A stretch of 47,853 nucleotides of DNA from Rhodocyclaceae bacterium (GTDB taxonomy: Bacteria > Pseudomonadota > Gammaproteobacteria > Burkholderiales > Rhodocyclaceae): the NCBI GenBank assembly GCA_020446005.1, contig JAGRFO010000042.1:1-47853 (forward strand). The letters are read 5' to 3'. Below, one piece after another: positions 25,276 to 33,896 of the stretch. Positions within the stretch are counted from its first letter, which is position 1. Each line of letters begins with the position of its first letter. A program made the position numbers and the translations under genes. The notes below the pieces were generated by a model that worked only from the letters and a program-made list of their open reading frames with translations, ran no database searches and was not told the DNA's origin.

Positions 25276-26813
25276 AATTGCTTGGTGTGACGCAGGGGGC
25301 AAGCGTGCGGGTCTTCGCACGCCTTGTGGAGATGCTCGGCGAAAACGGTGGCGCGGTCAGTGCTGCAGCCTTCGTGGCCGATGCGCTGGCGTTCAAGACG
25401 ACCGCGCGTACCGAGCCCTGTCTGCGCGACGGATCGATGGCTCTGCTCAAGGAATGGGATGTGACGGGCGCGGGCCGGGTGCGGATTCCGGACTGGGCGG
25501 CGCTGACGCGATGGGAAGAGGAGGTTGGCGACCCCAGTCTATGGAACGCGCTGCTGGCTGACCGGCGACTCGTGTTCGGCCGCGCATGCAAGTTCCGGCA
25601 GGATTACACGCCGCGATTCACCCATGAGCAGATGGGCGGCATCCTGCAGGAAGCCCTCGAACGGATCTCCGCATTCATCGAAGCGCAGAAGCCCGACGTG
25701 ATCGTCGGTTTCGGCACGGCGACCTTCGGTGATTACCTCTTCTACCGGTTCGCCAAGGCGCGCGGTATTCCCTACCTGAGCCTGAAGGCGACCAAGATCG
25801 CCAACTATGTGTCCCTCAATGACGATGCCGTGGCCCTGTCTTCGCACGTGGCCTCCCGGATATCCGCAGCCGCCGTGTCCGAAAGCGCGCTCGACGAAGC
25901 GCGGCGCCACATCGAGGCCATCCGCCAGAAGGGCGTGAAATACGAAGGGGCGCTGAAGTCGTCGGCGCGCCTGCAGCCGCTCAAAGGTGCTGTCGCCCTG
26001 GCGCGCGGGCTGGTGCGGGACCTGCGCAATCGCGCAGACGTCGAAATCGGTGGTGACAACCATGTGGAGAGCGCACTGCGCCACGCCTGGTACACCCATT
26101 TCCGCCAGCCCTTGATGGGGCAATACGTCCAACTGCGACTGAAGGACGCATGGGTGCGGGCCGATGCCCTGTCTGCGCAACCGCCCTTCATCTTCTTTCC
26201 GCTGCATTTCGAGCCGGAAGTGTCCATCCAGGTGTTCGGGCGACCCCACCAGAATCAGATCGAGCTGGTTCGCAACATCGCCTTGAGCCTGCCACCGGGC
26301 ATGCTGGTGCTGGTCAAGGAGCATCCGCGCTCCATTGGATTCCGCCCCCTGGGCTACTACCGCAAGCTGCTTGAAATACCCAATGTGCGGCTCGTCGACC
26401 CCGATATCTCGACCCATGCGGTGATCCGCCATGCAGGGATGGTCGCGGTCATCTCCGGAAGTACGGGGCTCGAGGCCGCCATCTGCGGCCACCCGGTGAT
26501 CACCTTCGGATTGCCGACCTACAACGTCCTGCCGGATTCGATGGTCCGCAACGTGCGCGACCTGCATCGATTGGGCGAGGAGATCCGGTCGCTGATGCGC
26601 GATCATGCGCCAGTCGATTCGGCTGTCGAACAATTTCTCGGCGCCCATGTGGATGGCGCCGTGCCTGTCGACCTCTACAGCGTTTTGCTGGGCAAGCAGG
26701 GCCGGCACAGCGAGGGGCGAGAAGGCATGAGCGTCGAGCAGAAACAGTCCGCCGACTATCGCGCGCTTGCGGCCTATTTCCGCCAGCGGCTGTCGGATGT
26801 CGCGGGAGCCTGA
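25272..26813 (+). CDS. KpsS/capsule-synthesis-like protein, putative CMP-ulosonate transferase
   Basis: FFPLHFEPE, LVKEHP, AVISGSTGLEAAICGHPVITFG C-terminal motifs. Directly follows neuA. Confidence 0.65.
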   Translation: MKLLGVTQGASVRVFARLVEMLGENGGAVSAAAFVADALAFKTTARTEPCLRDGSMALLKEWDVTGAGRVRIPDWAALTRWEEEVGDPSLWNALLADRRLVFGRACKFRQDYTPRFTHEQMGGILQEALERISAFIEAQKPDVIVGFGTATFGDYLFYRFAKARGIPYLSLKATKIANYVSLNDDAVALSSHVASRISAAAVSESALDEARRHIEAIRQKGVKYEGALKSSARLQPLKGAVALARGLVRDLRNRADVEIGGDNHVESALRHAWYTHFRQPLMGQYVQLRLKDAWVRADALSAQPPFIFFPLHFEPEVSIQVFGRPHQNQIELVRNIALSLPPGMLVLVKEHPRSIGFRPLGYYRKLLEIPNVRLVDPDISTHAVIRHAGMVAVISGSTGLEAAICGHPVITFGLPTYNVLPDSMVRNVRDLHRLGEEIRSLMRDHAPVDSAVEQFLGAHVDGAVPVDLYSVLLGKQGRHSEGREGMSVEQKQSADYRALAAYFRQRLSDVAGA

Positions 26814-26818
26814 CGCCC

Positions 26819-27511
26819 ATGTCCCGCTTACCCACTTTTCTTGGCATCGGCGCGCCGAAATGCGGCACTACCTGGCTGGCCGAATGCCTTCTGGAATATC
26901 CGCAGGTCTGCGTGCCCGAGGTCAAGGAAGTCGTCTATTTCTCCTCCGCCAAAAAGCTCGAGCGCGGTGATGCTTGGTACCTGGCCCATTTCGATCCGGC
27001 CGGTGATGCAAAAGCCGTGGGCGAGTTTTCCGTCACCTACCACGCCGGGGGGGCGGATGTCGCCGCACGCATCCAGGCACTGGCGCCGGAGGTGCACGTG
27101 CTTGCTGTTTTGCGTGATCCGGTGGAGCGGGCCTTTTCCCACTATCGCTGGTTGTGCCAGTTGGGGAAGCTTGACGAGGGCACTTCCTTTGCCGAGGCGA
27201 TGCGGCTGAGGCCGGAAATCGTCGAGGATTCGCTCTACTTCAAAGTCCTTTCTAGCTATCTGAAGCGCCTGCGCGTCCACATCTACCGATTTTCCCGCAG
27301 GAACGGACCCAACGGTCTGATCTCCTTCGTGAAACGCAGCGGGCTCTCCGCCCTGTATCGGGACATCAACAACAAGCAGTCCAAGCAACTCTCTCTGGAC
27401 GCAGCGGCCGATGCCGAGGCCTTTGGACTGTTCCGGGAGGATGTGCTCAAACTGCAGGCGGCCACGGGGTTCGACTGCACCAAGTGGCTGGAAAAGGGAA
27501 GCCGCTTCTAA
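26819..27511 (+). CDS. PAPS-dependent sulfotransferase (possibly internally deleted)
   Basis: 5'-PSB FLGIGAPKCGTTWL, KEVVYF, GEFSVTY, 3'-PB LRDPVERAFSHY. Confidence 0.85.
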   Translation: MSRLPTFLGIGAPKCGTTWLAECLLEYPQVCVPEVKEVVYFSSAKKLERGDAWYLAHFDPAGDAKAVGEFSVTYHAGGADVAARIQALAPEVHVLAVLRDPVERAFSHYRWLCQLGKLDEGTSFAEAMRLRPEIVEDSLYFKVLSSYLKRLRVHIYRFSRRNGPNGLISFVKRSGLSALYRDINNKQSKQLSLDAAADAEAFGLFREDVLKLQAATGFDCTKWLEKGSRF

Positions 27512-27536
27512 TGGGCCCTGCAGTGCGGAGATCCGT

Positions 27537-29078
27537 GTGAGCCGTTCCTTGGTGCCAGGCTTTCGGCGTTCATTGTTCAACGTGCTGTCCACCTGGGGCG
27601 TTCAGGGCGCCAGTGTGCTGTTTGCGCTCGTTGTCGTGCCGCTGGTATCGCGCCGATTCGGCGTCGAGGGCCTGGGACTCTGGTTGTTGATCCAGCAACT
27701 GGCGGGGCACCTTCAACTGTTCGAGGTGGGCCTGAATTCAAGCCTAGGTCGGTATCTGGCCAGAACGCTTGCGCGTGGGGAGCAGGAGGCGCACGACGGC
27801 TATCTGTCGTCGGCGGTGGCCGTCCTCTGTGGCTTGGCCTTGATCGTGATCCTAGTGACCTTCGTGCTGGCTGCGGGCTTGCCTGCGTTCTTCGATATCG
27901 CCACTGAAATGCAGGCGCAAGCCGTCTGGATGCTGATCGTGGTGGGCACGGCAACGGCGCTTTCTCTGCCGATGCGAGCGGGGCTCGGGGTGCTGAGCAG
28001 TCGACATCGTTTTGATCTCATGGCCCTGTCGGAGGGCCTGGGGCTGCTGCTCAAGGTCGCGTTGGTCCTGGGTGTCTGCCTGACCGATTTCGAGCCCGGA
28101 TTGGTGTTGCTTGCGGGTGCCGTGTTCCTGCCGATGCTGTTCGGTTCATGCGTCGCGTTCCTGCGCGGGCTGCGATGCCCGCCGGTCAGCCGTCTGCGAT
28201 GGTCGCTGGTGTCTCGGGCATCGGTCCGTGCTTTGTTCGATATCAGCCTGTCCGCCCTTGTGGTGACTGCTGCGGCGGTGTTCCTGCGCCAAGGTGCGCC
28301 GGTCATCATCGGCATGCAGTTCGGTGTCGAAGTGATTCCGATTCTGGCCATCCCCTTGATGATCGTTTCGGTCATCCAGCCGTTTGTTGCTGTCGCCAAC
28401 AAGTTGCTGTCACCCGTGGCAAGCCAGTTCGATGCTGTAGGTGACAGGAGCGAATTGCTTTTGGCCTTCAAAACGGCCGCGCACTACACGCTGACGATGG
28501 CCATTCTCGTCTTCGCTCTTACTGTTGCTGCCGGGCGGGAAGCCTTGACGATGTGGCTGGGACACAGCGGCTTTTCAGTTGAACAACTGGGCGAGTTGTA
28601 TCGCATGCTTCTAATCGTGTTTGGCGGTTACTGCGTGACGCTGCCGGGCATCATGGGGCGTACCTTGCTGGGTGCGGTAGGGCGGCACTGGGCCGCCGCA
28701 CGAGGCGAGATGGTCGGCACGGTGGTGGGGCTGGCGCTGGGCATCTCGATGATCATGCTGCTCCGTACTGGGCCATGGGGCATGGCGCTGGGTGTGGTTG
28801 CGGCCTATCTCACGCGGGCTGTCGGGAGTGCCGTGCGCTTGATCGCCGAGTATTTTTCCATCTCACAGAGCGAGGTCTATCGCCTCGTGTGGGGGCGACC
28901 GATGCTGGTCGCGCTTCCGATTTTTGCCGGTCTGCTGCTCGTATTTGTCACCGGAATGGGCGGCTGGGAGAAAGTCGGTGTGTTGCTCGTATGTGTGGTG
29001 GTATGGATTTGGACTGTCTTGCGCTTTCTGGTCACCAAAGCTCACTTGGCACGCCTTTCTAGTGTCCTCCGGTTGTAG
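27537..29078 (+). CDS. Wzx-like oligosaccharide flippase (MOP superfamily)
   Basis: Many TM segments; VVVPLVSRRFGVEGLGLWLL, GLNSSLGRYLA. GTG start with GGAG RBS. Confidence 0.78.
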   Translation: MSRSLVPGFRRSLFNVLSTWGVQGASVLFALVVVPLVSRRFGVEGLGLWLLIQQLAGHLQLFEVGLNSSLGRYLARTLARGEQEAHDGYLSSAVAVLCGLALIVILVTFVLAAGLPAFFDIATEMQAQAVWMLIVVGTATALSLPMRAGLGVLSSRHRFDLMALSEGLGLLLKVALVLGVCLTDFEPGLVLLAGAVFLPMLFGSCVAFLRGLRCPPVSRLRWSLVSRASVRALFDISLSALVVTAAAVFLRQGAPVIIGMQFGVEVIPILAIPLMIVSVIQPFVAVANKLLSPVASQFDAVGDRSELLLAFKTAAHYTLTMAILVFALTVAAGREALTMWLGHSGFSVEQLGELYRMLLIVFGGYCVTLPGIMGRTLLGAVGRHWAAARGEMVGTVVGLALGISMIMLLRTGPWGMALGVVAAYLTRAVGSAVRLIAEYFSISQSEVYRLVWGRPMLVALPIFAGLLLVFVTGMGGWEKVGVLLVCVVVWIWTVLRFLVTKAHLARLSSVLRL

Positions 29079-29333
29079 ACTGGCGAGATGTGTCGCCGTT
29101 GTCGCCTGTTCAGCTTATCCGTGACGAATGGCGCGGTGGTGTTTGGCTGTCAGACGATCCAGTGGCACGCGGTTTCTCTTATTCCTCTCCGCGATTGCGT
29201 ATCAGGACGTTTCATATCGGGATCAGTCGGGCGGAATTGGGGTATTCCTGTGGCAGAAAGATGGGCGTGCCGTACTCTCGGCAAGTTGCATTCGCCACGA
29301 TGGAATGGTTAAAAGTCAGGGTTGTATCGAGTG

Positions 29334-30218
29334 ATGAAACGCGTTGATGTGGCCAATTGCCCGTGTTGTGGTAGTGGAGAGTCGCTGCTGGTGATCGAGC
29401 GGTCACCTGAGCGGATCGGACGGTTCCTGCTGCTGAGTCAAAAAAAGTATGGCGGCTTCATGGATGGCTGGGAAGCCGACCTCTCCCTCGAGGTACACCG
29501 CTGCATCTCCTGCGGCCATCTGTGGTTCCGGCAGCAGCCAGATCAGCAGTCGCTGTTTGCCATGTATGCCCACGGCCAGCGCCTCAAGGGGCGTCCGGCC
29601 GCAACACAGCCCAGTGGGGCCATGGTTTCGCAGATGACCGCACTGCAACGCCTAGTTCGGGCGCGTTCGTCTGAAACCAGCCTGCTTGATTTTGGCAGCG
29701 GCTCCGGGCGTTGGGCGCGTGCGGCCGTTCAGGCCGGATTCGATGTCGCTGCCTACGAGCCGGCACCCGAACGATCCAGTGCCTGTGACGATATTCAGTG
29801 GTTCTCTTCACTGCCGGAAATCGGTGACCGGACCTTCAATATTCTCAATCTCGAGCAAGTGCTCGAACATGTGCCGGACCCAGTCGGGCTCATGCGGCGC
29901 ATTCGCACCCATGCCACGCCTGAGACCATCCTGCGTATTTCCGTGCCCGACGTGGCCCGGCATGCCGGCGATCTCGCCGCGGATTTTCCCTTCGATGGGG
30001 AGCGGATGCATATCCTTTCACCTTTTGAGCACCTGAGCGGATTCTGTCAGGTGTCGTTCCTGAAAATGCTCGAACGATCCGGGCTTGCGCCGATGTCGGT
30101 CGGTGAGACCGCAATCTGCTGTCCGTCCTATTCGCTCAAGCGCCTGATGGCGGGGGTCGGCCTGCCCTGGGGGCGGACTGCGGTCCTCGCCCGATACAAA
30201 TGCACGCAATGGAACTGA
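29334..30218 (+). CDS. Class I SAM-dependent methyltransferase with N-terminal Cys-rich (zinc-ribbon-like) segment
   Basis: CPCC...CISC, LLDFGSGSG, QVLEHVPDP, ISVPD, FEHL. Confidence 0.82.
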   Translation: MKRVDVANCPCCGSGESLLVIERSPERIGRFLLLSQKKYGGFMDGWEADLSLEVHRCISCGHLWFRQQPDQQSLFAMYAHGQRLKGRPAATQPSGAMVSQMTALQRLVRARSSETSLLDFGSGSGRWARAAVQAGFDVAAYEPAPERSSACDDIQWFSSLPEIGDRTFNILNLEQVLEHVPDPVGLMRRIRTHATPETILRISVPDVARHAGDLAADFPFDGERMHILSPFEHLSGFCQVSFLKMLERSGLAPMSVGETAICCPSYSLKRLMAGVGLPWGRTAVLARYKCTQWN

Positions 30219-31606
30219 GCCGCCTACCGCTGACAGGGTGGGTGACGCTGGAGCGGGTTGCAACGGCACTGGCGAGCGCCGTGCTGGCCGTGTGCATGAT
30301 CAACGGCCTGCTGGACTGGGCGGGATTGTCCCCGTCATATTCCCGCGTTCTGATCGAGTTCCTCGCGGCTGTTCTCCTGCTGGTGTCGTTTCTGGGGGCG
30401 CGCACGCCAGACCGGAGGGGCGCGCTTGTTTTGTCCGCACCACTGCTTGCTGCGACAGTCATTGGTGTTGTGGTCGCGACGCTCAATGGCGCCAAGTCGG
30501 TTGAGCAGGTGCTGTTTGCGCGCGAAATCCTCACGCCGGTGCTGTTTCTATCCGCCTTTCTCTGCGCTCCGGTCAGCGATGCGCTCAGACGGCGTTTGCT
30601 CGGCTTGCTGGCCATTCTGGTGGCCCTTCAGGTGTTTGTGTGTGCGCTCAAGTTCGCTCTCTTCGGCGTCAATGAGAAAGCATGGATCGGCACGATGACC
30701 CAGTCGGCCGGTCAGTTGGGCCTGCTGATGCCGGCCATGGCCCTGGGTTTTGCGTGGGCCTTCGGCCTGGTGCGGGCCCGGATCGCGCTTGCTGCTACCT
30801 TCGCGCTCATGATCGCGGCGGTCGGCGTGGTCTCCGAAAAGCGGGCAACCATGTTTCTCGCACCGGCCATCCCCATGCTGACGCTGACGATCTGGCTGCT
30901 TGTCGGTCGCTTCGCCCGAATCCGGCGTGAGCGTCCAAGCAGGATGGCTTTGCACTACCTTGTTGCGGTGACCACGGTTTCGGCGATCGTCGGCCTCGGG
31001 TCGCTGGTTGTGATCCCTTCGCTGAATGCCGAGAATCCGAAATACGTGCTTTATGGCACTCATAGCGTGATCGACTACATCCGGGTCTATCTGACGCGCG
31101 ATTACGATTCGCCAATGAACATCTCCAAGACAAGCATCGACGACAACCAGAACATCCAACTCGGGCGCCTGCTCCTGCTCAAGCGGGCGGTGGACCTTTC
31201 GCTGGATCAGCCCTTGCCGGTTGCATTGACCGGGCATGGAGGTGGGTGGCTGCTGGAGCACCGCTTTCTTCCTCACAAGGGGGGGGATGTCTTGTATGAT
31301 CGCGTTGGCCTGAGAGGGCCGAGTGGTCTGCTGGTCCGCCACCTGTTTGAAATTGGCTGGATCGGCGTGGTGCTGGTCCTCGCCTGGATGTTTGCCCTGG
31401 TGACCCTGCTCCTGAAAGCCTTGCTCAAGGCGCCGGAGTCCGTCCTCGCGTTCGGGGCCCTGACAAGCGTTGCGGTCCTCCTGTTCGACTACACGTTCTA
31501 TTCCGAGATGACCTGGAATTCCGGAGTCTTCATGCCGATTTTTGCGTTGCTGGCTGCCTTTGCCCTGAGATCCGGTCCGGAATGCAGGCTGGAACGGGGC
31601 TGCTGA
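30209..31606 (+). CDS. Polytopic membrane protein, Wzy polymerase/O-antigen ligase-like
   Basis: About 10-12 hydrophobic segments, SEKRA, a large late periplasmic loop ending LTGHGGG...LFEIGWIG, and its position in the glycan locus. Confidence 0.6.
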   Translation: MELSRLPLTGWVTLERVATALASAVLAVCMINGLLDWAGLSPSYSRVLIEFLAAVLLLVSFLGARTPDRRGALVLSAPLLAATVIGVVVATLNGAKSVEQVLFAREILTPVLFLSAFLCAPVSDALRRRLLGLLAILVALQVFVCALKFALFGVNEKAWIGTMTQSAGQLGLLMPAMALGFAWAFGLVRARIALAATFALMIAAVGVVSEKRATMFLAPAIPMLTLTIWLLVGRFARIRRERPSRMALHYLVAVTTVSAIVGLGSLVVIPSLNAENPKYVLYGTHSVIDYIRVYLTRDYDSPMNISKTSIDDNQNIQLGRLLLLKRAVDLSLDQPLPVALTGHGGGWLLEHRFLPHKGGDVLYDRVGLRGPSGLLVRHLFEIGWIGVVLVLAWMFALVTLLLKALLKAPESVLAFGALTSVAVLLFDYTFYSEMTWNSGVFMPIFALLAAFALRSGPECRLERGC

Positions 31607-32680
31607 ATGTTTGGCTGGTTCCGATTCATCGCTGCGTTGATGGTGGTGCTGACCCACATTTGCGGCATTGATTTCGTCGCGGGTATCGCCGTCTGGGGTT
31701 TCTTCATGCTCAGCGGTTTTCTCATGACGGCCGTCCTCAATGGCCGTTACGGCTTGGATGCGAATGGCCTGCGGCTGTTCGCGGTGAGCCGGGCATGGCG
31801 ATTGTTCCCGAGTTACTGGGCGTCGATCCTGCTCAGTTATGTGGCCATTCGTTTTGGCGGCTCATTGCTGGCGCCCGAGCTTTTCAATCCCGCCATGTCG
31901 ATGCCCGGTACCGTGCGCGAAGTTTTTGCGGGCCTTTTCATTGTCGGGCACACGACGCTGGGCCTCGGCCGGGTCGAGCATGCATTGAGTCCGTCCGCGT
32001 GGGCCGTGGATGTGGAAATCCTGATGTACGTCTGCTCCTGTCTCGTGCTGACGAGGTCTGCGACGATTGCCGGACGTTCGCTGGGCTTGCTGACGTTCGT
32101 TTTCGTGGGGCTGTGGTTTGTCGCGCGCAAATTCGTGGCGGCCGGCGATCTGAACATGGCCAGTCAGTTGCTCTACAGCTTTCTGCCCGCAGCCTTGCTG
32201 CCCTACACGATCGGAACCGTGCTCTGGTTCAGACGAAAGGATCTGCCCGCATGGACGAGTGGCGTGGGTGCGATGGCCGTCGGTGTTGCCGGCCTGGTCC
32301 TGTGTACCCTTGTCGTCTTTCCTCGTAGTGTCACTTTCGCCTACTTGGGTACGCTTCCGTTTCTGGCGCTGGTGCTTGCCAATCTGTCGCAGCTGACTTC
32401 CGGCGCTCGCACGAGGGCGGTTGACGATTTCGTCGGGCGGATGGCTTACCCGGTCTACCTGCTTCACTGGCTGTGCGGTTATCTGGTCGGATTGGCCTTT
32501 CCGAATGCCTCCAGCGTGTATTCGATCGTCAACGATCGGGCGGACTTCACTTTGCTCGGCGTCCTGACCGTGACGCTGGTTGTGGTCGTGCTGTCGGCCG
32601 TGCTGGCGGCGGCAGTCGAGGTGCCGCTGGATCGAATGCGGCACCAGTGGCTGAATAAGAAAAAGGTTGCGGTCGCATGA
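31607..32680 (+). CDS. Acyltransferase-3 (OafA-like) membrane O-acyltransferase
   Basis: RFIAALMVVLTH, FFMLSGFLM, RAWRLFPSYW, AWAVDVE, GRMAYPVYLLHW. Confidence 0.88.
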   Translation: MFGWFRFIAALMVVLTHICGIDFVAGIAVWGFFMLSGFLMTAVLNGRYGLDANGLRLFAVSRAWRLFPSYWASILLSYVAIRFGGSLLAPELFNPAMSMPGTVREVFAGLFIVGHTTLGLGRVEHALSPSAWAVDVEILMYVCSCLVLTRSATIAGRSLGLLTFVFVGLWFVARKFVAAGDLNMASQLLYSFLPAALLPYTIGTVLWFRRKDLPAWTSGVGAMAVGVAGLVLCTLVVFPRSVTFAYLGTLPFLALVLANLSQLTSGARTRAVDDFVGRMAYPVYLLHWLCGYLVGLAFPNASSVYSIVNDRADFTLLGVLTVTLVVVVLSAVLAAAVEVPLDRMRHQWLNKKKVAVA

Positions 32681-32711
32681 GCCGTGCAATCCTTTTCCGC
32701 GAGGCGCGCCG

Positions 32712-33896
32712 ATGATGGCTGGGCCGGTATTCGGGCCTGACCCGCGCACACTCGATGCAATGCGCGAGGCTGCGGCGCGATTCGTTCGTAGTGTCTCGGA
32801 GGGCGATTCGGCCCGGCTGACGGCGAATGCCGAAGTGACGCCCTACGCTTTGTGCTTCCGTGTCTTCCTTGCCCATCTGCTCAAACGCCCCGATCTGCTG
32901 GACGCAGAAGCCTGTGCTCGCCAGATGCGCCAGTCGATTCGGGAGGTCAGGGAAACTCAGGCAGAAAAGCCGACGGGCAAGCCTTATCGACAGTTGCTGA
33001 CCTTCACGCTGAGCGCATTGAGCGCGCTGGGCATGCTGGAGGAGGATCCGCTCGAAGAGCTGGTGCTCGAGCAATTGCCACTCGATGTCCGGCAATACCT
33101 GGATGATGCTGGAAGTCTTCGCGGTCAGGCCGGGGCGGGGAACCAGGCCATGTTCCTGGCCATATTCCTCCTTCATGCTCAACGCTACCTGGGGCAGGAT
33201 TGCGGCCCGCAGGTGTCGGAATGGGTCGATCTCCACCTCAACAGCATGAACGGCCGTGGTTTCTGGAGCCCCCGTGCAGGAATGACGCACCTCGAGTTTC
33301 AGAACGGTTATCACCAGTACGAGATTTTCGAGTATCTCGACACCGCTCTTCCGGCGCTCGATGCCAGCAAGCAGGCCGTCGCGCACCTGGCAGATGTGGA
33401 GGGGCATTTCGCCCCCTATCCGGGCGGCGGTGGCTGCCATGATTACGATGCCGTCTTCGTGCTGACCTACGGGGAGCAGGCGCCACAGGGTCGCATCGCT
33501 AAGTTGCTGCAACTGACTGCACGGACCCTGCTGGGCGAACAGAACGAGGATGGTGGATTCGGCGAGTCGCAGCGCGTGCGGCCGTGGCAACTGGTGGGCA
33601 TGCTGCGTCATGCGCGCCATGTTTTCGGCGCACCGACGCGCGACGCCCTGATCGAGCGCGGACGATACTGGCTGGCGCTGTCGCGGCCGCGCAATGCGCG
33701 GATTCACACGCACTGGAGCCGGTATTCCCGCCGGTGGAATGAAAGCGACCTCTGGGATACCTGGTTCCGCATGATGGCGATCGCACGGATCGATGTCGCC
33801 TTTGCTCCTGAGCGGGCCCGGCACTGGGGGTTCATCGACTATCCCGGCATCGGCTACCACGCATCGCTGCGTCATCGGGAGCTCGCGGCCAAGTGA
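32712..33896 (+). CDS. Hypothetical protein with a prenyltransferase/squalene-cyclase-like repeat motif
   Basis: Long ORF with GAGG RBS, coupled to the next gene (GTGA). QNEDGGFG motif plus similar spaced motifs (MNGRGFW, ADVEGHF). Confidence 0.6.
   Translation: MMAGPVFGPDPRTLDAMREAAARFVRSVSEGDSARLTANAEVTPYALCFRVFLAHLLKRPDLLDAEACARQMRQSIREVRETQAEKPTGKPYRQLLTFTLSALSALGMLEEDPLEELVLEQLPLDVRQYLDDAGSLRGQAGAGNQAMFLAIFLLHAQRYLGQDCGPQVSEWVDLHLNSMNGRGFWSPRAGMTHLEFQNGYHQYEIFEYLDTALPALDASKQAVAHLADVEGHFAPYPGGGGCHDYDAVFVLTYGEQAPQGRIAKLLQLTARTLLGEQNEDGGFGESQRVRPWQLVGMLRHARHVFGAPTRDALIERGRYWLALSRPRNARIHTHWSRYSRRWNESDLWDTWFRMMAIARIDVAFAPERARHWGFIDYPGIGYHASLRHRELAAK

Noticed and set aside
29090-29347. Short ORFs in the intra-locus gap, and a sigma54-like TGGCACG at 29163
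   Set aside because: The ORFs have no RBS, motif or typical codon bias. The -12 position reads TTCT rather than TTGC.
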